Origin: Lama guanicoe
Taxonomy: Eukaryota
Reading direction: 5' to 3'
DNA: 60,000 nt
NCBI GenBank assembly: GCA_013239625.1
Contig: MU054338.1
Location: 560,001 to 620,000 of the forward strand
Shown piece by piece: positions 1 through 12,600 of the stretch (the stretch's first letter is position 1; the number at the start of each line of letters is the position of its first letter). Position numbers and translations under genes: made by a program. The notes under the pieces are model-generated. The model did no database searches and was not told the origin of the DNA. It saw only the letters and a list, made by a program, of their open reading frames with translations.

Positions 1-561
1 GTCCTGAGGGGATGGTGGTCCAGGGGCCTAGGAATTTGGCTGCTGACCGGGAGCCCAGAAGGCCAGTCCTGGGAAGTGGAAGGAGCCAGATTGGGCCCCC
101 AGGCCTGGCTGTGTGCCCTCAGGTGAGTTGCTTGGCCTCTCTGAGCCTCACTTCCCACCCTGAGCTGCTGCTGGGTATTTGCCTAGAAGGACAGCAGGCA
201 CTGCATGCCAGCAGGTGCTATGAAGTCACTTCCCCATCCAGGATGCTCTTTAAAGGCTCCGTCCTGGTCCACTGGACTGGTGCGGTTTCAGCCTTGAGGT
301 CTCACTTGCACCCAGGCCCTGGCCTTTTGGAGGCGAGGACAGATACTGCATGGGGTGCAGGGATGAGCTAGCCATACTCCCATCCTGCAGCGCTGGGTTT
401 GTTTTATTTGCTGACTCGGCAGCTGCCTCGGAGGCTTGGGGTGGGGATCAGGGGTCAGGCCATGTGTCTGTGCAGCCAGCAGCAGAGGGGGCGGCGGGAA
501 TGACCCCCACCCAGCGCTCAGAAGGGAGGGAGGCTGGAGGGAGGTGGTGGACAGTGCTTAC

Positions 562-644
562 GTTTTCTCTTACTGCCTGCTCCTCTCTCCCGCTTTCTCT
601 TCGTTGAGGGAAAGTGCTTCTGAATTAGTGACAGGAAGACGCCC
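562..644 (-). CDS. SBNO2: SBNO2 coding exon 17 ([27 protein letters not shown]), basic NLS-like stretch
   Basis: Acceptor tctcag|G, donor AAAC|gtaagc, 83 nt, phase matches exon 16. Confidence 0.93.
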
Positions 645-3600
645 CTGAGAGTGAGAAGCAAGGTCAAGCTGTCGGGCCAGGAGACCTGGAGGGGATGGGG
701 GGATGCCTGGTGCCAGGGGACCCTGCGGGTGGGTCTGGGCACAGGGACTCACGTCAGGGGCTCAGAGAAGGTGGGCAGGAGGGAAAGGAGCTGCAAGGAC
801 AGTGGGGCGGGGGCCCCCTCTGCACCTGGGGGGTCCGTGGCTACAGGGGGCACAGTTGTGCTGTGATGGGGGTACTCCTGCTGTCAAAGGGCCCACAGCA
901 GGGGCTGACCACCTCTGTGGGGTATGGGGCAGCTTCCAGGAATGGGGAGTGAGGAGGGGCTGGGGGCTTCCCAGAGAAGAGACGTGATGCTGGGGTGTGG
1001 TGGACAGGATGGGGCAGAGCTGGGCAAGGGGCCTTGTGCTGGGATCTACGCTCAGGGTGGGCGGGGGTGGCCTCTCTGGCTCTGGGGTGAGGGGCCCGGG
1101 TCTTCAGGGACCACCTGGGCCAGTCTCTATAATCCAAGCACCCCTTGAAATAGCACCATAACCACATTGGGGGGTGGGCACCTGGGAGCCTCACTCTAAG
1201 GTCCTGGGACCCTCTGCAGCACCCTCCCTGTTCTGGGGTCTCCACAGTTCCCGCTTTGGGCCTTACAACTACAGCTGGGCCTAAGGTCTCTGAAGGTCGG
1301 GGCCGGCTGGCTCCCGCAGCTGGGGTCACATACAGGGCCAGACCACAGGTTGGCCCCAGGGCAGGGACACCTAATCAGTCACACAGGGAGGGGTCCCCAG
1401 GGGCCCCAGGCACCACTCACTCAGCGGCGGAGACGAAGCCGTCAAGTTGCCCCTCTTTCTCATCCAGCACCTCCCGAGTCCGCGCCTCACCCGTAGACTG
1501 CAGCCCGATGACCACGCACTGTGGGGTGCGGTGGGGGTGAGCAGCTGGGGCCCCTGCCCACCAGCCCAGGAGCGGGACCCCAGAGGCGCCCACAAGGAAG
1601 CCCCAGGCCCCTACACCCAGCCCAACAGCAGGAGAGCTGGGGTTGGCCTCAGTTTCTGCCTCCTTCCCCGGGGTCCCCCTGTGTCCTGAGGGCTGCTGGG
1701 CCCCCAACAAGCCCAGATCTCCACCTGGCAGCCAGGAGCCAGCCTCAGCTCCTGCATCTCTGCTCTTCTCATCTGGCCCCTGCCCTGTTCTTTCTGGAGA
1801 CACGGGGAGCTAGGCAAGACCCTGTCTGCCACTTGCTGCAGGGAGCTTGGACTGAGCGGGACCAGAACCTTCTGGGCCTCAGCACGGCTGTTCCCAACCC
1901 TGTCTTCATGGGTCCAGCCCAGTCACGCGCAGCCTCCTTTGCGACTGTGGGACTGACACCGGGTGCCTGGTTCTGCCCAGTGGCCCTTCACACGGGGATG
2001 CAGGGTCCCAACACAGCCCCGCCACCACCTGCATCAGCGCACCTTGTCCCGGGCCAGCTCCTCCTGGGCCAGCTCCACCAGCCGGCACACCTTGGCGGCA
2101 ACACACAGGTACTTGAAGAATCGCTGGTGGGCTGACCAGAACTGACCCCACAGGGACTTGCGAGACTCCAAGCCGATCCAGTCGGCTGCCTGCTGGAACA
2201 CGCCCAGGGCCTCGGCCCACTGCAATGACACGGTGGGCTGAGCACACAACTGCCAGCCCCGCCCGGGACCTGGGCTGCCTGCCCACCAGCCACATTCCAC
2301 TGAAGTGTGGGGCCAGGGGCGGGGGGCCACCACTAGAGCAACAGAGGCACTGATGATACCCCACCCGTCAGAAACATTCAGAAACCAAGAAGCATGGCAC
2401 TGGCATGGCCAGGTGAAAACGGCACGCAGCACATTGGGAAGTGAACCATGCTTGCAGGTGGAGGGGCACCTGCAGTGAGCGCCTTCTGCCAGCAGCCACT
2501 GGGCTCTGGACACTTTAGATCAGGGGTCTCCCTAGGGTGGTCCTGCCCCCAGGGGACACTGGACCATGTCTGGTGCATCTATGGCTGTCACACTGTGGGG
2601 CTCCTGGCATCAAGTGGGTCGGAGCAGGGATGGCCCCAGGGACAGACTGAAAAAGGCCACCAGCTCTGGGTCATGCCCTGGGGGCAACATGCTCATGAAA
2701 CCGTGGGGAGGTGAGGCAGGGACCAGTTCTACAGCCCGTGTGGAATTCTCGACCAGAACAGAATCTAGACGCTGAGCTCCTGCCAAAGACCAAGGCGGGC
2801 AGGCCAGCTGCTCCCCGTCCGATAATTTGACAAATCCCTGTGGCATCTTTATGGACTGATGCTGAAGGCGACGGGGGTAAATGCCAAGGGGAGATGCAGG
2901 CGCCCACTTGGTGAGAGACTCACCAGCAGAGCCGCCCGGTTGTAGATGCGCTCAAAGGCCGGGGCCAGCGGGATCTCCTCGATGCGGAAGGTGACACCAG
3001 AGAAGCTGAGCTGGCGTGCGATGTACATGCCGCTGACCTTCATGTCCATGGCCACGATCTCCATGGCGCCCACACCCCTGCAGATGAACACAGGCTGCCT
3101 GGGCACTGGCCGGGGACCTGCTGGACTCCATGCTGGGCCCCACCCAGGGACGGAGTGCCCCAGAGCTGAGCCCTAGGAGAGGGAGGAAGGGCCAGGTACG
3201 CTGGTGGGGGCGGAGACAGTGTGTGTGAAGACCCTGTGGCTGCCACCCGTGGGCCTTGGAAACGGAAAAAAGGCGGTCTGCTTGGGCCAAGGAGGGGCCC
3301 TAGCCCCGAGACTGAGGGAAGCACTAAGCAGAGAAAGGACGGGACTTGCATTTTAAGATCCCTCTGGTTGCCAGAGGAGCGGGGTGGTGGCACCTGACAC
3401 CATGCCTCCATGTGTGACAAGCAGGGCCCTCTGTTGCTCCTCTCCCGTCATAGGTGGGTTGGGGGTGGGGCACACCTCTTCTCGATGGCATGCAGAAACT
3501 CCTCGAAGGTCCGGAAGGGCGTCCCCTCGCCCCAGATGCCCAGGCGGCTCATGTAGATCATGTTCCTGGGCTCAGAGGCACCTGGGGGAGGGGGACATTC

Positions 3601-6600
3601 TGTCAGGGCCTCTAGCCCAGCAAGGCCGGGGGCCTGAGGCTCCTGTTGACAGAGGGGAGGCCCCTGATGGGGCTTGGTGTCTATGTGAGGACAGGGGTCT
3701 GTATCCAGGTGCCTCCTAGGGCCTGGCGGGAGCCGGGGTACATACCAGGGGGCCAGGGCAGGCATCATCAATCGATGACCGATGGGGCCCTGGTAGCTCC
3801 CTGCCCCTCCCCCACACCCTAACCTGTGGCGCTGGCGTAGACCACCCTGGCCAGGGGCAGCTTGTTCTGCAAGTCCAGCACGGCCTTGCCCATCTTGGTG
3901 GAGCTGGCGTTCTTCGCCTTGTGACACTCATCAAACACGATCTGGGGCAGGTGTGGGTTAAGGACTGTTTTGGAAGGCAGGCCGCTCTACAGACCCAGCA
4001 TGGGGCCCGAGGCGGTCCCTTCCTGGTCTGAGGTACTCTGGAAGGTACCTGGGGGGTATGTGGCCATGGGGTGGGTTACCTGGGTGTGTGAGGCTGCCAG
4101 GGCCAGTAGCAGACAGCCTCTTGGGCCCCACATGATGTTGACAAAAATTGGAAGACAGAAACTTCTCAATGTTTTAAGGGGAAAAAAGAGCAAGTTACAG
4201 CAAGTAAGTCTGTCACGAAGTCATCTGAGAGGCAAGGTGAGAGCCCCCCTACACGCGTGCACGCACGCCGAGGGAAGGCGGGGCTCTAAGGTTGGCTGGG
4301 GGCCAGTGGGCAGCCCTGCGCCTCAGGTTCATGCTGCTGCTTTTCTGGCTGGGGCTGCAGGGGTGTCGCCTGGCACCCAGACGCACTGTGACTTTGCTGC
4401 TGCTTCTGGCTTGTGGGAGCTTTGAACAGACCAAGGACTCGCAGGGGCCCCTCCTCATCTGAAGGAGTGAGGGGGAATTTTCGAGGCTGCAGTCACCCCA
4501 CTTCTGGGACTGGCTAGAGAAGACAGTGAGGAGGATAACAGGGCGCCCTGGGCATGTAATGCTCACTTGGGGCAGACAGGCTGGAAACCACTAGAATGTC
4601 TCCTTGACAGGGAAATGGCTGAGGGGCAATGGGGCAGCGTGACATGCAGGGACGGGATGGACATGAAATGGTACGCAGGGGACCCTGGGAGAACGGTGCA
4701 GAGGAGGAGGGACGCGCCACAGGGGAACTGCAGCACCCATCAGTATGACCAGGCTGGCCGGGCTCCACTGTGGGAACGAGGGCGGATCCCAGAGGGATAG
4801 AGCCCGAAGGTCCCCTGCAGGCCCCTTGTCAGGTGCCCGGCTGCGGGAGCGGCTGCGGGGAGATGGGAGAGGGTGGTTGCTTGAAGGCTGTTACTGATAA
4901 GATGCGTCAGACAAGAAAAGGCTAACACCAGAGAATTACCACTTTTGCTTGTACTTTCTGATACTTTGCTCCCCTACAGTTTGGTGGCAGGGAAAAGAGT
5001 GATCTCAGGCGTAGGAGACGAGGAGGGGGAGGCCTGGGGCTTCCTCTGCAGTCGGAAAGGGCCTGGAACAGCGGAGCCCCTGGCCAAGCTCTGGTCTGGC
5101 TCGCCTGGCCTGGCCACCCCAGGGAACAGGGATCAACTTGCAGGGCGGGGCCAGGAGGAGGGAGGAAGTGCTCTGCACCCCAGAACTTCAGCCCCCCACC
5201 CTGCGGTGTCACAGCAACCACAACCCCGACCCTGCGGGTAGGTCGGGGTCCATCCGGCTGGAGCCAGGAGGCCCAGCCAGACCGCCAGGGGCGGGTACCA
5301 GCGGTCACTGAGGGTGAGCCTCCACCACCAGCAGCTTGCTGCCGGGAATTCCTCCCCGACTCCGGCCCCCTTCCGCGCCAGGCCTGGATAAGACTCCCTG
5401 TCAAGGCCTCCCCGCCCCCTCCCACCATCGAAGGCCTCCCCGCACCACTCCAGGATCTGCCGGATGCGCGTGCGGTGCTGCCCGCCTGCCTGGCTCTCCC
5501 CGATCAGGGCGGAGTAGGTGGCGAAGAGGACGCCCTCTGAGGTAGTGTTGTCGCCGTACTTGATCTGGGGAGAGCGGCGAGCAATCGGCTCCGCGGGGGC
5601 TCCGACCTCCTGGGACCCCCGCCGGGCGAGGGGCTGTGGGCCGCCCACCCTGCTCAGCACGTGCACCGGGATGCCGCGGTAGGGGGCACGGGCTTGCTCC
5701 GCTGTGGGGGGGGCACCCACCTTGCTCAGCGCGTGCACTGCAATGCCCGAGGCCGCGATGTCTCGCAGGTCGCGCTCCGCGTCGTACTTGAGATCGTTGG
5801 AGACGCTGAACCTGGGGGGGCGGGCCAGCAGGCGTTAGGAGCCCCCTCCCCACCTCGCAGCCCGGCCCCGCGCTCAGGGGGGACACTCACCACAAGGCCT
5901 TCTTCCGGCCCCGCAGATAGTTCTCCAGAATGATGCCGGCCACCGTGCGGCCCTTGCCCACGCCAGCGCCATCGCCAATGAGGAAGCCCGCACGCTGCCC
6001 GCCGGGGAGCAGGACCTCGTGTTGCTGCGGGGGTGGGGGAGGAGAGGGGCGGTCAGCGCGCGGCAGGGTCGGGGTGCGGCACTGAGACGCCCCCAACGCC
6101 GGACGTGGACCAGGTGGGAGACCCCGGAATCACCTGGCAGGCGTATGTGATGGCCTCCAGCTGCAGGGCGGAAAGGGCCCCGCTGTCCGAGGTGGGCAGG
6201 GCGAGGGTGTAGGTGATGTCCGGCGGCGGGACGCTAGACAGTGTGCTGGTTTCCACCACGCGGTCCGGGTGCTGCTTCCCGATCTTGGCTGGAGGAGCGG
6301 GCAGGTCAGGGGCGTGGCCGGGACAGGGTTGGGGGAGTGGTCAGGGCCTTAGGTCGGCCTGGGGCCGGCATGGGCGGGGCCCACCCCGGAAGGGGGCGGG
6401 GCATCGCAGGGCAAAGGGCGGAGCCTACCAGCGCTCTGCATGAACGCGGTGGACCCACAAAACCCTCCCGCGTAGGAGGCGCGGGAAGGCGGCCTGCCTC
6501 TCGGCTACAGCCTCCGCCTGTCTCCGGATTTGTGGGAAGCAAGGATGACAACCCCGGTTACAGAACCACCGCAGTTCCCACACCTGTCTTTGCGGTTTAA

Positions 6601-9600
6601 GGTACCCTGGCAGGGAACCTTCAGGGGCCCCAGGAACCCAGCACCCCTGGCCGGACAACGCAGGCTGCCTGAGGCTGTGCTGTCCAGAAGTCGCCTGCTG
6701 GGGCTTTCCTCCCACAGGACACTCACACTTGGACGGCACGTAGTCGGCGTAGGTCTCTGCGTGGCCCAGCTCCTCTGCCTCATCCTCCTCGGCCTCGTCC
6801 TCCTCCTCAGGCTGACTCTGAGACTGCCGGCCAGGTGCTGTCACTTGGGGGATGGTCCTGTCCCCCGGCAGCACACCAGCCTCCCCGCCAGGTGGTGGGG
6901 AGAGGGGCCCCCAGCCCCCAGTACAGCACGGTGCCTTCCTGGAACCTCAGTTTCCCCCTCTATAGAGTGGATAGACCATACTTCTCAGCCAGCCCAGGGT
7001 CCAGCACACACCAGGTGTGCGAATGGGAGTGGCCCTCCCTCGTCCCCAGGAAGGGTAGGCAGCTGTCGGAAGGGGCCTGGCTCACCTGATAGCTGACAAG
7101 AAGTGGCGTGCTGGGGAGGGAGGACACAGGGTCCTCAAGGCCTGTAAAAGGCCCACTGGGCAGAAACAGCTGCAGGGGGGATGGAGGGAAGAGTGGCTGT
7201 GAGCCTGCAGGCCCTGGGCCCGGCCTCCGGGGCCCACCAGCCCTGTCCTCCAGCCCCTCTGCTGGCCACTGGCCTCCTGCCTGCCCACCTAGATCTGGTA
7301 GAGAAGGAAGTACCACAAATAACAGGGTGTCAGCTACGTAAGCACTAGGAGGGCAGCGGACAACATGATAAATGTAATTAATACTGCTGTACGTTATACG
7401 TGAAGGTTGTTAAGCGAGTAAATCCTGCTCATCAGAGGAAAAAATACGTTTTTCTACTTCTTTGATTTCGTATCTGTGAGGTAACGGACGTTCTCTAACT
7501 TACTGTGCCAGTCATTTCACAGTGCATGTAAGTCAGATCATTGCACTGTGCACCTTAAACATACACAATGCTGCACATCAACTGTATCTCAATAAAACTG
7601 GAAGGAAAAAAGATACACGGCCAAAGGTTTTTAAAACGAAAGTAAGATGAAAGTGAGATACAGGGAGATCAGAAACCTATTCTCAATTCCCTCTCCCTTT
7701 TTTTTTTTTTCTGAATTAACAAAAACAAACAAACAGCTGCAGGCCCAGGTTCCTGGAAGGCTGAGTCAGGTTCCTGAGGGCCGCCTGGCCGCAGGGGAGT
7801 GGCCACTGGGCTCAGCTGCCTTTCCGCCAGCCGCTGCGGCCACCGGGCCCCACGCTGTCCCCGCGGGCGCTTGCACCTGGAGGCAGGGCTGGGCCTGGGT
7901 CGCCGTGGAGGCTGCTCTGGGCATGTCGCAAACCCCTGCCAGCCCCAGGCTGGGCCTCTCAGGACCGTCTGTTCCAATGGGTGGTCACAGACCCTTCCTG
8001 TGGGTCCCTGGGGCCCAGGGGCGCTGAACCCATCGGAGCAGCTGGGCATACAGCCACCAGCGTCCACGAGTGTGTGCTGGTCTCCGTGGGCTCGGCCCAG
8101 CCAGATGGAAGGAAGGCTCCCCATCTGGAGGCACTGGCGCTCCAGCCACATTTCCAACGACCGCCTCTCAAAGCCTCCAAAAGGCTAGGAACTATGCTCC
8201 TGGCAGAGGGGCCTGGATGGAGGCGTCCCCTGGACACCCCTACTGCCCAGCCCTGGGAAGGTGCTAGAGTCTAGGCCTGGTGCACCTGGACACCCTGCTC
8301 CTCCCTGACCTCTCCAGGCTGACCTCACCTCGTCCTGGGCCTGGCCACCTCCTGGCTCCCTCCTCCTCCCCGTTCATGTCCTGCACAAGGAGCTGCAGAG
8401 GCTACCTACCTCCAGCACAGAAAGCTGCCAGGAGCTGCTCGCCATGGTGACAAATAGGTCCATGCCCCTACCATCCCTGCCAGGCCCATGCAGGAGCCTA
8501 TCAGGCTTGTTCCTGCCACAGGACCTTTGCACAACGGCTATCCCCTCCATCTGGCCTGGCTGATGCCTCCTCCCCCAACTCAGCCCTGCCTGCCTGCTCT
8601 CTGTTTCACATCACTTTATGTTTCTCTAGCCCAGGGTCTCCCCCCAACCCCAGCACTGTGGACATTCAGGGTCAGGTCACTCTCTGTGGGGGCCGTCATG
8701 GGCACTGTGGGTGCTAAGCAGTCCCAGAGGGGCAGAATCACCAGAGTGAGAACCAGTACTGGAAATTACTTTCCACTGCAGTGGAACTCCCTGGTGAACC
8801 CCCACCTCCCCAGAGCGAGGCCAGCACAGAGCGGTGTGTGGAGCACAGGGGTGGGGGTGGCAGGAAGCAGTGATGGGACCCAGGGCTGAAGTCCCCTCCA
8901 GCCTGTGGTGCCCAGCGTTTTCTGGCCACGAAAACACAGGCACCCTCCAACAACGGCCTCATCTGTGTCTGAATGGCCCAAGACAGGGCCCTGGGATGGC
9001 TGCCGCCTTGAAGGCTGGGGGTGCACTGACCTTGTCATGGGTGGAGGGGCCAGTGCTCACGTCCCAGATGGTGGGCACCTGGTTGAGGCTGTCAGCGGGC
9101 AGGAAGTCAGGTGTGTCGGCGATGTCCGAGAGGGAGTCCACGGACGAGGAGAAGATGGAGGCGTTGGAGAGGTCATCGAGGTACGAGGTGTCCTGGAAGA
9201 CAGGTCAGGTGAGAGGCAGCTGGGGCAGCCATGCGGACGGTGCCACAGGGGCCCGAGCCACACAAAGGAGAGCAGCACTGACACCTGCTGCCCCGTGGAC
9301 GGACCCTGAGAGCACGAGCTCAGGGAGAGAAGCAGACACAGGAGGACACACAGTGTGTGAGTCCATGGATGTGAGGCGTCCAGAACAGGCCAGTCCACAG
9401 AGATGGACAGTGGGTTTGTGGTTGTCAGGGGCTGGGGGAGGGGTCAGGGAGGTGACTGCTCATGGGGATGGGCTTCTTTTGAGGGTGATGAGAATGTTCT
9501 AGAACTAAACAAAGGTGACGGTTTGACAACTCTATGAATATACTGAAAACACTGAATTATGCATTTCAAGTAGGTTAACTGTACAACATGTGAATTACAT

Positions 9601-12600
9601 CAATAAAGCTGTCTTTGAAAGAAAAAAAAGGAAAGATCCCAAGCAGAGGTGAGAGAATCGGAGCCCACAGGCTACAAGCTGGACATCACTTAAGTGACAG
9701 TGGGAGAGGGTGCCAGACACCTGGTGCCTTCCCTGGCCCATCCGCATGGAGCTGGCGCCAGGACAGGGACGTTGGGGCCCAGAGGCCCCCACACCCGAGG
9801 GAGAAGTCTGCTCTGAAGGTCACACGGTTTTAAACCTAAATCTAAAGGAAATCAGGCTCAGTGCCTGGAGGGCTCCTGTGCTCCCTCCCTCCTTCCCACC
9901 CCGGTCAAGGGCAAGGAGCACCTGTGTGCCTGGCCTGTGCCAGACATGGGGACACGTGGAGCCAGACCCGGGGCTCTGTGACCGGCGCAGAGCGAGCCCC
10001 CACCACACCCCACCGGGTCGCGGTGCCCACAGCGCCCGCCCCCTGGGGAGGCGGCGAGTGCTGTTCTGCCGCAGGGGCCCCAGCGCTGGAGGGAGGGAGC
10101 CCCCATCCTGCCTGCTACGGGAGAGCCTGTCACGCTGACGTCTGGCCCCAGCACATTCGTGCCCTGTCAGTGGGAGGTTTCCTGAGCAGGGCAGGGGCCG
10201 AGGAGGAGGGAGCGCAGCCCTCAGGGAGCCCCCAGTCCCAAGCACTGTTCTTACATCTCAGCCTCCCAGGGCTGCTGGAGGGTGGTAGCCGCTGGGCTGG
10301 GACAGACAGGGCGCACGCCCCACTAATCAGAGGGGGAAGGTGAGGAGGATGGGGGGCAGCATCCCCGCAGCCCCAGGTCCCTGAGAACGGGCCGCTGCTC
10401 TTGGCCAGCGCTGGGCCCTGCCCCCATGCCTCCTCAAGGGCTGTGTTTCTGGGGCTTCCCTCCTGCTGATCTGCACTGGATCAGACCCTGACTCCTGGGG
10501 GCGAGGGACCTCCGGGACACTGTCCAGCTTTGCCAGGACTCCGTGCTTGGGTGCTGGTGTGGGCACAGCCCCACAACAGGCTGGCTTGAGCCCCCAGTGC
10601 CCAAAGGACAGCAGGCCAGGCATGAAAGGGTGGAGAAGGGGTGGGGACAGGTCCACCCAGTGGCCTCCCTGCGGACGGCTAGACATGGGAGCCTCAGCCT
10701 GTGCATCTACTGGATGGAGTTGGTCCTGGTGCAGGCAGGAGGTCGGGGCCTTGCCAAGTCAGCTGGTATGAGGCTGGGGCCCTATCTGGACACCTCCCAC
10801 TGCCCAGGTGCCCTGGCCCTGGTGGCAGGAAAGGCAAGGGCTCTGCCCGCCAGGTTCCCCCTCGCCCCGGCCCCACCTGCACCCACCAGCAGCAGGACTT
10901 GGGACACGGGAAGTCCGGATGAGGAGGTGGGGCCACGGCTGCCTGACCCGGAGGCAGACAGCGTCCAGCAGGACCGGCTCGGGCTCGGGCGGCAGCCTGG
11001 GGAGGTTTATAAAAACCCCGAGCTCCAGGACAGAAGCAGGAGGGGAATGCCAAGCCCAGAAGCGGGAAGTGGTACTCCTGGGGCGCCCGGCACCCTCACG
11101 TGAGAGCCAGCGACTCAACAAGCCAGAGCATCCATCTCGGGGGAAACTGAGGCAGTGGTGGTTGGTCTGGCCCTGCTGAGCCTGAAGCCTGATCTCTGCT
11201 GCATCCAGGAGTCAAAAGTGGCCCATCCAAGTCTGGTGGACGATGCTGGGGGAGGCTGGGCTGCAGAAGCCGGCCGCCCAGTCCCCAAGAAGCGACAGCG
11301 GGCAGAGACCCCCGGAGACCCCGCAGGCTGATTGGAGTAGGGTCTGAGCACAGGCAGGGGTAGCCACGTGTCTTTGCAAAAATCCCTCTGGGACCACAAC
11401 TGAGTGTGGCCTCTCCGCCAGGTCAGAGTGACGATGGCCCCGGCCCATCAACCAATGACCCTGCTGCCTGGAGAGATGGCCCTGCTTCCCGAAGGCAGAG
11501 CAATCACTGACCAGCGGGCAGGGAGGCTGGGCGGGACCTCTGCCAGCCCGAATGAGGGCAGAGGCATCAGGTAAGGAGGGGCTCAGGGGACCCCCCCCCA
11601 ATCTGAGAGGGCTGCGCATGGAGACCCTTTCCCAGGAGAACAGTGTGGAGAGGAGGGAACCTGCCATGGAGGAGCCAGAAGCAGGGACCCTAGTGTGACA
11701 GGCGAGTAGGACACGTCCCCTCTGAGGTTATCCCCAAACCCATCACCCCAGCACGATCACAAGGGAACTCCAGACAAACCCAGACGCCTGGTCTGGGCTC
11801 CTCACGACTGCCCGGGCACCCACATGAGGAGGGACAGAGAAACCACACAGCCCGGGGGGCCTGAATGTCACAGGCACGGGGCAGAGAGGACACAGGGAAG
11901 CGTGGACTCGGGGTAACAGTGACGTAGCAACACTGGCTCACCAGCCGGGATGCGCCCAGCACTCAGGTGAGGTGTGACCCACGGGGACTGGTCGTGGGGC
12001 ATGCGGGAGCCCCCTGAACTATCTTCACCGCCTTTCTGTAAATCTAAACCTGTTCTAAACCATATAGTTTAAAGTGGGCGCTCTCTTCCCACTCCATGGA
12101 CACCACCTCCACCAGGTGCTCCAATAGGCAGTCGAGCAGCCGGCACTGTCTAGGGGCCCCTGGATCCTTGGGGCAAAGGAAGTGGGGCCTCACTCGGGTC
12201 ACCAGGGGTTGGGGTCTTTCCCAGCTGCCCACCCCCCATGCAGGGAGGGTGAGGGGATGGGAGTGAGAATGGACCCTCCCTGGTGGGCTGCACGCCTTTG
12301 TTGGGACCTAACAGCCAGCAGCCACCAGCAGACCTCCAAGATGACCCAAACCCAGAATCGCCCTCCTTGCTCCTCCCTGACCAGGGCCACAGCTCCCTGG
12401 CCTGTGTCCACTGCTCCTCCTGGCTCACCCCAGCATCTGTGTCCGCACCTGGAGCTCCTCCCAGACCCCAGGCTCCACCCTGCTCCTCCTACTGCAGCCC
12501 AGGGGGGGACTCACTGATTACCCTGACAGTTCTGGGGGACCAGGGCAGGCGCCTGCTGTGACTACTGTCTCTCAGCGATCTGGGGACCCTGGACCAGTGA

